The notes: generated by a model not told the origin, from the sequence alone. DNA of 64,000 nt from Anthoceros angustus (GCA_010909165.1 MU008182.1:124001-188000); one strand, 5' to 3'; shown: positions 1 through 12,943, counted from the stretch's first letter. Numbers and translations are program-made.

Positions 1-2826
1 CAGCGGAGGATGCGCCGCCAGGAGGGGGCGAGCTTTTGATGCCGCAATTTACGTGCTTTGCAGGGCAGCTCAACCCCAGGGATTTGGTCGATTTTCGATT
101 TTCGGTGGGCGGAGGAGAACATCAATTGGGATGGGTGTATGGCGCCAATGGGCCTACACTAATTTAGAAGCGATTGAGTGTTTCATCAACCTCCATCAAT
201 CGAAGCCCTTGCGCGTTAGGAAGAAATGCTCACGATCCTCATTCTTTGAATAGTAAGGAGCATCTGGCGAGTGTATGGGAGGCGGAAGAGGAGAGCTCGA
301 ATTGCTCTCCTCGAAAGGTCGAATGGAGGGAAGAGGCCCTCTAGAAATCCGCAAGAGTTCCTTGACATGATGGACGGAGGAGTGAAGGCCCACGCCAAGA
401 ATGGCTGGAAAACAGAGAGCATCAAGGAGCTGAAGTGGAGGCTCTTTGCAAAGATTGTGCTGGGGTTGGTAAATTACCAACGAACTTCTTATTTTAGCAC
501 CAACTTCCTCCAGTTTTTGTGGAAGATTTTCATGGGAGCCAAACCGGATTGGGGAACCATTATGTATGAAGCATACATCCACCACCGGGAGAAGCTCCTC
601 AAGCCAAATTCAGTGGATGAGGAAGGCCCAAGGCTACCTTAGCACCTATTTGGTGCATTTGTGGGAAACAGGGACTTCTCACAAGCAAGGAGTTGAAGAT
701 GCATGGCATCCTTTGAGATAATCCATCTCCACCAAGTTTGGAAAGGCCTTTGCCTTTTGCATTGAGGAAGATGGAGGTCGACTCCACAAGCATGCTAGAG
801 AGCAAGAGGAGGAGGCAACAAGGTCCGGAGTGGGAACTTTTCCCACAAGAGCAAGCAAGGAGAGGAAGAACCGCCGAGGAAGGCCGAATGGTAGTCTATG
901 AGAGAAGGACCACGGGCCCAGAGTGGGGGAGTCCCCACCATCTCATTTGTGCCTAGGAAGAGGCACCCCACTCACCCGGGAGGCACCCCACCTGTGGGTG
1001 CACCACTGGTAGGCGGCCACCACCATGGTAGGTAGGCGGACTACCGCGGGGGGGAGCAGCCACCATGTAGGCACCCCACGCCAGAACAGCCTCACGCGGT
1101 GGAAGGGAAGGAGAAGCACATGAGGCGCCGGGCGCCGGCCACCATCACCCGCTACCGGGTGGGAGAGCGGATGGAGGGGACCTCACCGGATGGCCGGAGT
1201 GCAAGGAGCTGAGATTTCCAAGAAGAAGAGAGGGGTGAATTAGGACCCCTAGGAGAATTGGCCGAGTGCTTGTGAAGCACTCACCTGTGGATTGAAGGGG
1301 CTAGGAGCTAGCAGCCTCCTTGTGGGCATGCCAAGAGGAAGTGAAAGCCCAAGACATGGCCGGAGGAAAGCAGGACCAAATGGCAATTGGAGGCCATGGA
1401 GTCCGACGAAAAGGCAAGGGAAGGAACCGCTACCAAGGGCCTCCTCGAGAGGAAAGGAAAAAAGGCGGCAGAGGATGCGCCGCCAGAGGGGGCGAGCTTT
1501 TGATGCCCAATTCACTTGCTTTGCGGCAGCTCAACCCTGTGGATTGAAGGGGCTAAGAGGAGAACATCCAATTGGGATGGGTGTATGGCCGCCAATGGCC
1601 TACACTAATTTGGAATTGATTGAGGAGTTTCATCAACCTCCATCAATCGAAGCCCTTGCACGAAAGGAATGCTCGAACGGATCCTACCTGGGACAAGGAG
1701 CATTCTGTGTGTATGGAGACCGGAGGAGAGAGCTCGAATTGCTCCTCGAAAGGTCGAATGGAGGAAGAGGACGGCCCTCTCCGAAATTCCGCAAGAGTTC
1801 CTCGACATGATGGATGGAGGAGTGAAGGCCCACGCCAAGAATGGCTGGAAGACCGAGAGCATCAAGGAGTCAAGTGGAGGCTCTTGCAAAGATTGTGCTG
1901 TTGGTAAATTACCAACGACTTTATTTCAAAGACCAACTTCCTCCAATTTTGTGGAAGATTTCCATGGGAGCCAAGCCGGATTGGGGAACCATTATGTATG
2001 ATACATCCACCACCGAGAAGCTCCAAGCCAAATTCGTGGATGAGGAAGGGCCAAGGCCTTGCTACCTTAGCACCTATTTGGTGCATTTGTGGGAAACGAG
2101 GGACTTCTCACAAGCAAGGAGTTGAAGATGCTTGGCATCCTTCTGAGATAATCCATCTCCAGCCAAGTTTGGAAAGGCCTTGCCTTTTGCATTGAGGAAG
2201 ACTGGGAGGTCGACTCCACAAGCATGCTAGAGAGCAAGAGGAGGAGGCAACAAGGTTGCCGGAGTGGGAACTTTTCCCCAAGAGCAAGGAGGGGAGAGAA
2301 GAACCGCCGAGGAAGGCCAATGGTAGTCTATGAGAGAAGGACTATGGCCCAAGGTGGGGAGTCCCCACCATCTCATTTGTGCCTAGGAAGAGGCACCCTA
2401 GGGAGGCACCCCACCAGGGTCACACTGGGGTAGGCGTACCCACCACCATGGTAGGTAGGCGACCACCGCTCACCGCTGTAGGTGCACCCCACGCCAGAAA
2501 GTGCAGCCCAAGGTGGAAGGGAAGGAGAAGAGGCGCCGCTGGCGGGCGCCACCGCCACACCACCGGGTGGGAGAGGATGGAGCGAGAGGGACCTGCCACG
2601 GATGGCCGGAGTGCAAGGAGCTGGAGATTTCCAAAGAAGAAGAGAGGGGTGGAATTAGGACCCCTAGGATTGGCCGAGTGCTTGTGAAGCACTCCTGGGA
2701 TTGAAGGGGCTAGGAGCTAGCAGCCTCCTTGTGGGCATGCCAAGAGGAAGTGAAAGCCCAAGACATGGCCGGAGGAAAGCAGGACCAAATGGCAATTGGA
2801 GGCCATGGAGTCCGACGAGAAGGCAG
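1..2826. repeat. Tandem duplication, 2 x ~1.4-1.47 kb, of a retroelement internal region
   Basis: gaggatgcgccgcc at 6 and 1471. The block ending ggagtccgacga(a/g)aaggca occurs at ~1398 and ~2807. The copies differ by many small indels. Confidence 0.9.
30..2125 (+). pseudogene. Two frameshifted copies of a retroelement accessory ORF (putative plant-transposon-protein-like)
   Basis: ORF pieces 271-642, 1669-2001 and 1841-2125 encode the same protein (LLMPQFTCFAGQL...YTNLE.IE.F...GWKTESIKE...AKIVL.LVNYQR...KI.MGAKPDWGTIMY...YLSTYLVHLWE). The family assignment is an inference from motif spacing. Confidence 0.55.
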
Positions 2827-2849
2827 CCAAGTTGAGAAGGTCAGAGAGC

Positions 2850-3500
2850 TCGACCTTGTGGATCCGCCACGGAGAAGGTCCTGAGGAAGGTTGTCACATC
2901 AAGAGGAGAGAGCCATTCGCAACAACCCAAAGGACTCATGGAGGCATATGAGGAGCATTTTGCCCAATTAGAGCAAGAAAGGGGCAAAACAGAGGCTCTA
3001 GGAAGGAGAAGGTAGCGTCCAACAAATGGACGCAAGAGCAGTGATGGCTACCAAGCCATCAAAATCCGGACATGGAAGAATTGCGGACCCGGGATAAGAG
3101 AAGCGAGCCGGAGGCTCAAGACCAAGACCGCAAGAGTTGAGCGAAAAGGGTGCAAGAGGAGGAGAAGGGGCTTGCTCAAGCCAATTGGAACAAAGGAGGT
3201 TCCAGAGGAGGAGCACCACAAGAAGGTGGTGCATGAATGCAGTGGTGAGGAGAAGATTTTGGGCGATTATGCCCTTCTGCAAAATTGGCCAACCAAAGGA
3301 AGCAAGGAGGAGAATGTGACCTCCATGTCAAGGTGGGGAATTGACCACCTCAAGGGACGCCTACAAGGTAGGTGTGAGGATGGAGAGTGGCCCACGGAGA
3401 TTGATGATCTCCAAATGCAATATCATAGCTTGGGGCTCACCTCCACAACAGATTTTGAAGGCCAACAATGAAGTCTTACTTGGCCAAGAGGAGGACATTG
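2850..3500 (+). pseudogene. Degenerate coiled-coil ORF of the same retroelement internal region
   Basis: E/K/R-rich frameshifted reading (EAYEEHFAQLEQERGKTEAL; ORF 3172-3471). No recognisable domain. Confidence 0.3.
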
Positions 3501-4829
3501 GGTCCTCATGATGATGATGAAGGAGTCAGCAGCAGTGCAAGGCCTCCGATTTTGATGAGGCCATCAAGTGAAATGGACTCGAGGAACTGAGGAGTCGGAG
3601 GAGAAGAGCGAGCGCCAAAGGTGAAGATGGCGTGAGAGCAAGGAGGGGAAAGCCCTCCCTGGGGTCACCTACCATGGTGACCACCACGGTAGTCCGCCAC
3701 ACTGCAGACCCACGCCGTAGTCCGCTGACACAGGGTAGGCTGGGCGGGCGCGCGAGGCCGCGGGCCGAGGGATGAAGGAGCCGGGGTCCCAGAGTATACC
3801 CCCGGAGAAGAGGAGGTGGGGAGACAACCCCACCGGAGGAGAAGGACGGGTCCACCGCCGAGGAAGGAGGGTGAGAAGTTCTCACCCACGATAAGGGAAG
3901 GAGCTGGAGAGGAGTCGCAAGGGCCCAAGGATTAGTGAAATCCGACAATTGGGGAGGAAGATTTTGAAGATGCTCCATGATAGGTATGGACAAATCAAAC
4001 AGAGGAAAGGAGCAAGGAGATCCAACCCAAGAGAAGATGGAGAAGAAGAAGGAGAAGACCGACTACCATGGTAGGTCACCCGTAGTCCGCATCACCGCGT
4101 AGGGTGCGATGAACGGGCGCGACCAGTGCGAGGCGGAGAAAAGGGCGCCCGAGGTGCGAGGGGCGCGATTGCCGGAGGAAGGAATCAGGCGCCACCGCTG
4201 AGATGGAGGAAGGGGCAAGATTGTACTTGCCCCACATTAGGAAGATGACAAGGCTGGGAAGGCAAGAGCAAAAGGAGGGCGAGGGAGCCAATCCACAAGG
4301 GACGCCCCCCCAAAGAAGGTGAAGACTAGAATGGTCAATGACCATAAATGAGCTTAGAAGAATAGAAGGATAGGTGTAGAATCGACATCCTTTAAGGATG
4401 GTCTTAGGTGAAGTTACTAGAATAGAATTTACCAAGGATCGCATAATAGATTAGGTGCCGTATTAAATGTCAAGTGTAGGAAATAATAGAAAATTGGAAA
4501 AGGTGACTGCAGAGGGTCACCTAAGGGAGGTTGTATGTGGAAGGCCTCCTATAAGAGGAGGAGGATTTCACAAAGTAAAGTATCATGTCGCGCCCACACT
4601 CATCGAGTCCTTTGCCATTACAGAGGAATTTCGTCACCGTGAGCCAACGCAGTCTGTAGAGAGGAAGTCGTCTGGTGAGTGCTTGGTGGAGGACTTGCTC
4701 ACCGCAAGTGCCTAAACGAGTTGCTCCCTTGTGAATGGTTGCTGTGAAATTGCTTTGCTTTGGGTGTGTGGCAATGCCTGTGGAACTCCTTGAGGGTAGA
4801 CTACGTGGAAAGACTGGAGGTTCTCGCCG

Positions 4830-5286
4830 TGTCAAACTCATAGCAACCGCCCAAGGAAGAACTTGCCGGGTGGAGGCCGACCCTGCAGCTGTAAGGGCGA
4901 GTCCCAAGAAGCCCGAATCGAGGTTAGAATAGGAGGAAGAGGATGAGGAGATGAGAAGATGAGGAATTAGAGTGTAGGTGTTAGTGGAAGGCCACAGGCG
5001 AGCCTAAGGGACGAATCCCAACTGCAAGTAAAAGAGCGCCCGAGTGGAGAAGAGTGGTCTTAGAAGTAGGGACGAAATCGGTGTGGATCGGGGGTCCACA
5101 GGCGCCCGTGATAGGCTCCTCGCCGCAAGGCGGTGACCTCGATTGTGTGTCGCTGTAGGTCGAGGATTGGTGATTTTTCGAGCAAGCAAGTGGTGCAGAG
5201 GGAGAGAGGGCGCCTTGCTTGTTTAGAAGGCTGAGAAGGTGTGTCTCGCAGTAGCGACGGGCATCACAAGACCTCGAACTTTCACA
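4830..5286 (-). mobile_element. LTR-like sequence, homologous to 60196-60562 plus ~61470-61589
   Basis: Minus strand begins TGTGAAA and ends TTTGACA (imperfect terminal inverted repeat). It shares aaacaagcaaggcgccc, ggattcgtcccttaggctc and caagttcttccttggg(c/t)ggttgctatgagtttgacac with the 60-61.6 kb copy. Confidence 0.55.
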
Positions 5287-8024
5287 CAAGTCTCATGGGA
5301 CGAACCCAACGATTGCTGTAAAGCGATAAGTGGGCTGGCCAGAGTGGGAGGATCTTGGAGTGCCCGGTTTTCCTACCATGCAATCTAAACCCGGTATTTG
5401 AGTAAAGCCTCTGGCTACTAGCCTTGCCTTATATCTCTCAATGGAACCATCACCCTTGCGTTTAATTTTGAATACCCACTTGCTCCCAACTATTTTTCTC
5501 CCTTTGGGTGGTTTGACTAATTCCCATGTAGAGTTCTTAACTAGGGAGTCATACTCAGAGTCCACTGCAGCTTTCCATAGATCCTTCTCAGGAGAAGAAA
5601 AAGTTTGTTTCAAGGTTAGTGGCTCTTGAGGATCAACTGTAGCTTTGAAAACAGCTTGATGAAAATGGGAGAAAGGTGAGGAGGGATCATCAAAGGTGGT
5701 AAGATATCCTAAGGGTGGTTCCTTCCATCCTGCAGGTCCAGAGACAGTAGGCCTGGTTCTTAGGTTGTACCTTGGTGCAAGTTGCTCATCTTGGTCGACG
5801 ATTTGTTTCTCTGCTTCTGCAAGTTCTTCAGGAGCTGGTTCTTGTAATGGAGGAACCGGCTCATCTTCATCCAGATAGTCAGGTTCGGAAAGGTCACCTT
5901 CTCCAAGACGACCTACTACTCCAGACCCAGATATGGAAATTCCTCAAGAGGGTTGATGATTGTCGTCTGGGACATATACAGGAGATCTGGAGTCCACTGG
6001 AGATAAGATGGGAGACTCATGAAAAGTAACGCTACGAGCATATATGAGTCTCTTGGTGGCTAGATCAAATAATTTGTATCCTTTGGTACCTTCTGTATAG
6101 CCAATAAAAGTATATTTGGCAGCCTTATCATCTAACTTCTTGCGCTATGCTTTAGGAATATAAACATATGCCGTACAGCCAAATACCCGAAGGTGGTCGA
6201 TGGAAGGCTTTTTACCAGTGAATGCTTCATAAGGTGTCATACCTGTAACCGCTGAGGTTGGAAGTCTATTAATGAGATATGTTGCTGTTATCATTGCTTC
6301 TGCCCAATATGGTTTAGTTAACCTTGCTTGGGTGAGCAAGCAACCTGTTATCTCTTGAAGGCGTAGATTTTATTCTCGGCTACGCCATTTGGATGAGGTG
6401 TATATACCACCGTAAGTTGTTGAGCTATGCCTTCAGCTCGACAGAAATCGGTAAAAGCATTTGATGTAAACTCGCCTCCATTGTCAGAACGGAGGGTCTT
6501 GAGTTGCTTATTTGTAAGTCTCTCTGCCCACATCATGTAATCCTTAAAATGCTGAAAAGCTTCACTTTTGTGCTTAAGGGTGTATGTTGTAGTAAAGCGG
6601 GAGAAATCATCAATGAAAGTAAGGAAATATCTGCAACCGCTGAAGGATGGCGCAGAGATTGGGCCGCAAATGTCGGAGTGAACTAACTCAAGGGGTGCTT
6701 TAGCCCGCTGGGGAGAGTTGTTTTGAAAGGGTGCCTGATGTCTTTTGGTTACGACACAAGCTTCGCACCATGATAGAGGTTCTATCTTAGGAAGGGAAGG
6801 ATTTCTATAGAGGTTTCCCTTAGACATTTGAATGAGTTTTTGGCTATTAGGATGACCTAATCTACAATGCCAAAGTACGGTTGTATTGGAAGTGACAGAA
6901 TTTTGGGAAGCTACATGTATCCTATCATGTGAGGATCCCACTTGGACAGACAATTTGTATAACCCGTCCTCTAAAGTGCCTGTGCAGATGTTAACAGATT
7001 CACTCGGAAAATAAGTGATAATACAACTATCTGCATCTAAAATGACTTGCAAATTATGTTGTGAACATAAATTAGCAGCTGACACTAAGTTTTTACACAT
7101 AGATGGTACGTGAAGGACATTAGAGAGAGAAAGAACTTGGCCTGAAGAACATCTGAGAGCGACTGAACCTACACCAGAGATGGGGAGGTTGTGGTCATTG
7201 CCCAAGCAAGCAACTGTGTCCTGACATCTTAATAGGACTCAAAAGAGTTTCTGCTGTGACATATGTGTGACGTAGCTCCACTATCCAAGTACCAATTTGG
7301 GTTTGTTGACTTTGATGATGCCAAGCATACAGTGAGAGCTGAGGGTGTTGTGGAAGATTGTTTCTTCACGGCAACATGTGCTCCAGGTGCGGCCTCCTTT
7401 CTAGGCTCGCCATTCTTCGTCTTGTTGCAGTCCTTCTCCATATGATTTGGTATTCTGCACCAATTACAAATAATCTTCTTTTTACCTCTCGCAGGCGTAG
7501 AAGAAGATGTAGTATCTCCACGAGGGGGATTTGTATTTGGGCGAGAGGTGAAAGACCCTTTGCCTCGGCCCCGGCCTTGGCCTCTAGAGACCTCTACCTC
7601 TTGCTGTGAACATCACCTGCTATCTGGTGGAGCGAGTGTCGTGACGACGGCTGGAGTCCTCCTGTATTATGGCTCCTATGAGCTCATTTAAGCTGATGTC
7701 CAGCGTTGATGAGCCCGTTGTTGCGGCATCCTTCTGTGGAGTGCGAAGGACCGCATTTTGTGTTGTCACGAACGGCCTATAAGAAGGTGGTAGAGTGGAT
7801 AGAAGATTGATGAAAGCTTGTTTCTCGGAGATCTTTTCACCAGATGCTACTTCAAGATTATTTTTGGCCAATCTAAATGCACTGATGTGGCTTTCAATGG
7901 AATCGATTTCTCTCATTTTGAGATTTTGGAAATTGCGGGTGGCCGTCAAGATGCTCATGACATCGCTTGATGCATATATCTGGGCCAGACGGTCCTACAT
8001 CTCCTTGGAGGTTTCTGCTTCTGA

Positions 8025-10580
8025 GACTTGCCGAACCATTGATTCAGTAAGTCCACTTATGATGATATCTTGTGCTTTTCAATCCTTGTTGTCCCACTTG
8101 TCCTTTGAATCCTAATTCCATCGGGGACGTTCAATATCTCCACTAACGATATCCCATAAGTCACGTTGTCGCAGTACTCCTTTGGCACGTATCTGCCAAA
8201 CGTCATATCCTTTTCCATTGAATCATCTTTTCTCCTTGAAACCTTGAACGGAGGGTTGAGTTTTTCTTGTAACCGTCAATTACTTGCTCCTCGGACATTG
8301 CGGATGATGTTCAACTTTATTGAAGATAATCGGATCGTGCTCGACGGAATCACTATTGCTTTGGGAGTAACGCGAGCACGATTTCTTCATTGTTGGTTTA
8401 CAAGTATCATTGCTCGATGACGGAAAGGTCAAGTATCAACAGTTGGCAGTTGGTTTCTCAACAGCTTTAGAGATAAGAAATATCTCTTGAGTAAGGCAAT
8501 TCAATCTCTCATGAGTAGAAGTATATATTTGGATAGCTTCTAATCTAATGGAGTTGAGTGTTCTTGTAATGTGTCCGGACTAGGGAAGAAAGTTGTAGAC
8601 TTTTGTTGATGAATTGAATTATAGCACTCAATGCATCCTATTTGATAAAGATCAAATGTTCCAAGCAAATTTCTTAGCTAATCTCATGAACTTTGCTTTG
8701 TGTTTGGATTCAGAGAAGACCAAATATCAATATATACTTCAAGCATATCATGACCAATAGGAGAATTGCTATCAAACTCCTCCTTGAACTATAGTTGTTT
8801 GTGTTTTATATCTTTTCTTCCACTCTTGTTCCCATTTGGCCTTTTCCTCTGCAAGCCACTTTTTGAGTTTTTCGGCGTCTGTAGATGTACTTGTAACTTC
8901 GACAATTACTTGCTCCTCAGACATTGCGGATGATGTTCAACTTTATTGAAGATAACTGGATCGTGCTCGACGCGGAATCACTATTGCTTTGGGAGTAACG
9001 CGAGAGCACGTGCTCCATTTCTTCATTGTTGGTTTACAAGTATCTCATGTTGCTCAGAATGGTCAAGTATCAACTTGGTTAACCGTTGGTTTCTCAAGCT
9101 TTAGAGATAAGAAATATCTCTTGAGTAAGGCAATTCAATCTCTCATGAGTAGAAGTATATATTTGGATAGCTTCTAATCTAATGGAGTTGAGTGTTCTTA
9201 TTAATATGCGGACTAGGAAGAAAGTTGTAGACTTTTGTTGATGAATTGAATTATAGACTCAATGCATCCTATTTGATAAAGATCAAATGTTCCAAGCAAA
9301 TTTCTTCTGGCTAATCTCATGAACTTTGCTTTGTGTTTGGATTCAGAGAGAAGACCAAATATCAATATATACTTCAAGCATATCATGACCAATAGGAGAA
9401 TTGCTATCAAACTCCTCTGATGATGCCTCTATGAAGTTTTGTTGTTGCCTTCTTCTTCTCTAAGTCTTCAATTTCCACTTTCTTCCATGTTCGCTAGGAT
9501 TGCAAGAATCCATGGAGTAGCAGGAAGATGGATACACAAATTGTGTCCTTTGAACTATGCTATCTTGCCGAACCATTGATTCAGTAAGTCCACTTATGAT
9601 GATATCTTGTGCTTTTCAATCCTTGTTGTCCCACTTGTCCTTTGAATCCTAATTCCATCGGGGACGTTCAATATCTCCACTAACGATATCCCATAAGTCA
9701 CGTTGTCGCAGTACTCCTTTGGCACGTATCTGCCAAACGTCATATCCTTTTCCATTGAATCTGTCTTTCTCCTTGAAACCTTCTCCTTGAACTATAGTTG
9801 TTTGTGTTTCAGATATCTTTTTCTTCCACTCTTGTTCCCATTTGGCCTTTTCCTCTGCAAGCCACTTTTTGAGTTTTTCGGCGTCTGTAGATGTACTTGT
9901 AACTTCGTCAATTACTTGCTCCTCAGACATTGCGGATGATGTTCAACTTTATTGAAGATAACTGGATCGTGCTCGACGCGGAATCACTATTGCTTTGGGA
10001 GTAACGCGAGAGCACGTGCTGCATTTCTTCATTGTTGGTTTACAAGTATCTGTATTGCTCCAGACAGAAAGGTCAGAAGTATCAACTTGGTTAACCGTTA
10101 GTTTCTCAACAGCTTTAGAGATAAGAAATATCTCTTGAGTAAGGCAATTCAATCTCTCATGAGTAGAAGTATATATTTGGATAGCTTCTAATCTAATGGA
10201 GTTGAGTGTTTGCTGTAATGTGTCTGGACTAGGGAAGAAAGTTGTAGACTTTTTGTTGATGAATTGAATTATAGCAGACTCAATGCATCCTATTTGATAA
10301 AGATCAAATGTTCCAAGCAAATTTCTTCTGGCTAATCTCATGAACTTTGCTTTGTGTTTGGATTCAGAGAGAAGACCAAATATCAATATATACTTCAAGC
10401 ATATCATGACCAATAGGAGAATTGCTATCAAACTCCTCTGATGATGCCTCTATGAAGTTTTGTTGTTGCCTTCTTCTTCTCTAAGTCTTCAATTTCCACT
10501 TTCTTCCATGTTCGCTAGGATTGCAAGAATCCATGGAGAGCGAACAGAAGATGGATACACAAATTGTGTATCCTTTGAGC
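8025..10580. repeat. Triplicated leader/ORF0/gag-start region of copia #1
   Basis: Copies at ~8025-8780, ~8781-9560 and ~9565-10580. The first two are indel-rich relative to the third. Confidence 0.85.
9949..10509 (-). pseudogene. ORF0 upstream of copia #1 gag, with a hydrophobic (TM-like) segment and coiled coil
   Basis: ORF 9949-10431 extends in frame to an ATG at 10509 across two stops (TGA, TAG). Contains LIAILLLVMICLKYILIFGLLS. In frame with the gag ATG at 9930. Confidence 0.5.
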
Positions 10581-10703
10581 ACTTGATGCTATGCTCGATT
10601 GCTGCCCAGAATGAAGTCTTCGCGATGCATTGTTGACAATGGAAGAGATCTAGAATAGCATTGAGCAGCAGGGAGCATAGAGCTTAAGCATAGAGAGCTA
10701 CTT

Positions 10704-10715
10704 GCTCTGATACCA
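10704..10715 (-). promoter_or_regulatory. Primer-binding site, tRNA-iMet type (TGGTATCAGAGC)
   Basis: gctctgatacca on the + strand directly abuts the LTR end. Confidence 0.95.
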
Positions 10716-10976
10716 TGATGAGAATCAATAGCTCTTAGGCAGATAATACAATGAATTGATTAAAGAGTAAAGTACAAGCCTTTATATAGGCTAAGTGGTT
10801 AGGTGGTTAGGTGGTTATAACAATATGTTGTTATAACCACCAAGTTGTTGTAACTAATATAACAACTAACTACCTAGAGCAACTAAATAGGTAACTACCT
10901 AATGCCCTAGGCATAAATTAATGTTTAAGTAATGTGGCCCTAATGAAAAGTGCCCTAAACTAGATATATTTCATCA
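10716..10976 (-). mobile_element. 5' LTR of copia #1 (261 bp)
   Basis: TGATGA...TCATCA termini. TATA box CTATATAAA on the minus strand at 10781-10789. Adjacent PBS. Confidence 0.9.
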
Positions 10977-11190
10977 GACAATTGCCCTGCAAAACATGTG
11001 AATTGCGGCATGTCCAGCTTCCATCCCTCGGGATCTGAACTCCCTTTCTTATGCACCTTGCCCTTGTGTGCCCCACTCTCCTTTGTGGGTGTCTTGGCTT
11101 TGGCGGCTGCCTCCCTCCCCTTGGTTGTGCAAGGCTTCGTCATGGCTTCCTTGCTGAGCCCTTGCACAAAGTTGAGGAAGAGAGTCACCT
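10977..11190 (-). pseudogene. N-terminal fragment of the accessory ORF seen at 30-2125, interrupted by the copia #1 LTR
   Basis: Encodes ...PEGWKLDMPQFTCFAGQL, matching GGELLMPQFTCFAGQL at ~24-72, and stops at the LTR edge. Confidence 0.6.
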
Positions 11191-12185
11191 CTCCTGCAAC
11201 TTTTATGGTATTTGCTAGATTCCTTCTACGGTAGGTGTCTTTCCTCCCTCACAATTTCCACACACACACCATGTCCTGGACCTCACCCTTGCTCACAATT
11301 CCGCTGGCTCTTCCACCCTTGCCTTCCTAGCGCTCTCCCTAGCTTGGGCAAGCTTCCCACGCTTCCCAGCAACTTGTTCTTCTCTTTTCCTACTCCTTCC
11401 TGCAGCTCTACTTCGATTCTTGCTTATTTCTCCTCTACTGCCTAGCTCGCGCCCCCCCTTCTCATGCTCTGCACAGGTGCGCGATGTTGTGGTGGGGCTC
11501 CTCTGTGGCTTCTCGCGTGGCGGCGCCTTCCTTTAGTTCGCGCTTCCTCACTTCCAAGCTATGACCTCCTACACATGCGTAGCAGAATATAAAGGATGAA
11601 GGGGTTAAGAATGGCAACTACCAACCTACCCTGCCCTTGGATGTGCACCATGTGGCGCCCTTTCCACCATCGATTGGAGTTTCCCAACCCCCTTATACTA
11701 GAATAAAGTCTTCTTTTCCAGTTATACTAGAACAGTATTTTCCCTACTTTCCTAATTTCCTAACTGCCCAAATTGATATCTAATTGCCTAATTTCCTATT
11801 TTGGCCTATTTATCCAGTCCACTAAAAGAAACATATATAGCTATCCTATCCTGCCTTAACCTTGTAGGGCAAGGTCAGGGAAGCTTTCGTACTCTTCTCC
11901 TTTGAGCTCTCTCGCTTGGGTTTGGGGGTCAAGAGTATGAAGTGCAAGGTTTGGTCCCTAATGTGGATTGTGATGGTGGGCATGAGCGACAAACGGAGAG
12001 AACGAGAGCACGCAGAGAAAAGCAAAAGAGTGACAGTTATTGTGCATTGTTCAGAATACATGCTTTGTTCATGACGGTTAGAGGAAGAGTAACTGATTAT
12101 GTAGCCTACATTAAAGTAAAGGGGTTTCAACACTCCCTCTTAGGCAAATAATTAGAAACAGGCATCTGATGGTATTTATGAAAAC

Positions 12186-12920
12186 ATGAATGCAACTGAA
12201 AACATGATTCAAAAGGACGTCCACGAGCTCAGCGTGCTCTGTTCCTCTTTACACTCCAAGCCATTGTACAGGCTTACGCTCCAGCTCCAACTTCCCACTA
12301 TAAGATGGAGGCTCCTCACTGCTTATTTTTGTTCACTGGAATGTCTCATGGAGGGCCTGGAATGTCTGCATTGTGGTAGGCGCTGGCTCCCTGCCGCCTC
12401 CTTCATGCCCAGGCAGTGGCTGCTACACATGATTTCCTGCGAGTACCTGATTGTGTTTCTTTTGCAGAGACTGAGGCAGAACGACGGGTGAGAATATCCA
12501 AGCAGGAGTACAAGGATTTGATGAAAAGAGCCTTTCCAAGGGAAGATGGGGAGCATGACTATTACTACCAGTACATCATGTCTAAGAAAAGCTTGGACGC
12601 TGCTGAGAAGAGGAGAGTAAGCATACTGCTGAAAGTTACCAAGATGGAGGAAGACACTCCCTCTGCAAGTGCAAAGATAGCTACCTTACCTGTTGTTGAC
12701 AACATGAAGACTGAGGCTGACATGACGATTAAATGTGAGTGTAGCTTCATCCTCTCATGCCCCCGCATGTCTTCTGTCCATGTCATAGAACTGCTGTATC
12801 AAGGTCTAACCAACTTGTGCATGGTTTGCAGCTATACTGGAGGAAACAAGGAAAATTGAAAATCTACTCCAGCAGCTCAAGAAGATAATGAGAGACTTGG
12901 GTTTGGGTTACCTTGAAGAA
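12186..12920 (+). CDS. Possible 3-exon small gene or gene fragment of unknown function
   Basis: Phase-compatible GT-AG junctions: tgtg|gtaggc...ttgcag|agact, aaat|gtgagt...ttgcag|ctata. The joined frame reads ...LHC-ETEAERRVRISKQEY...MTIK-SILEETRKIENLLQQLKK...EE*. Confidence 0.35.
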
Positions 12921-12943
12921 TAGAGCAGAACTGTAGGTTATGC

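Larger units (their letters stand above)
5382..10976 (-). mobile_element. Ty1/copia LTR retrotransposon #1, 3'-truncated inside RT
   Basis: 5' LTR, PBS, gag (DRFNGKGYDVW; UBN2-like 7620-7958), zinc knuckle CNWCRIPNHMEKDC, protease WYLDSGATSH, LWHCRLGH, integrase LVHSDICGP/LRSDNGGEF, and RT start WVFKIKRK...YKARLVARGFTQIPGLD cut at ~5382. Contains stops and frameshifts. Confidence 0.95.

Noticed and set aside
3526-4444. Minus-strand Ser/Pro/Leu-rich ORFs
   Set aside because: They reflect the purine skew of the + strand and have no domain evidence.
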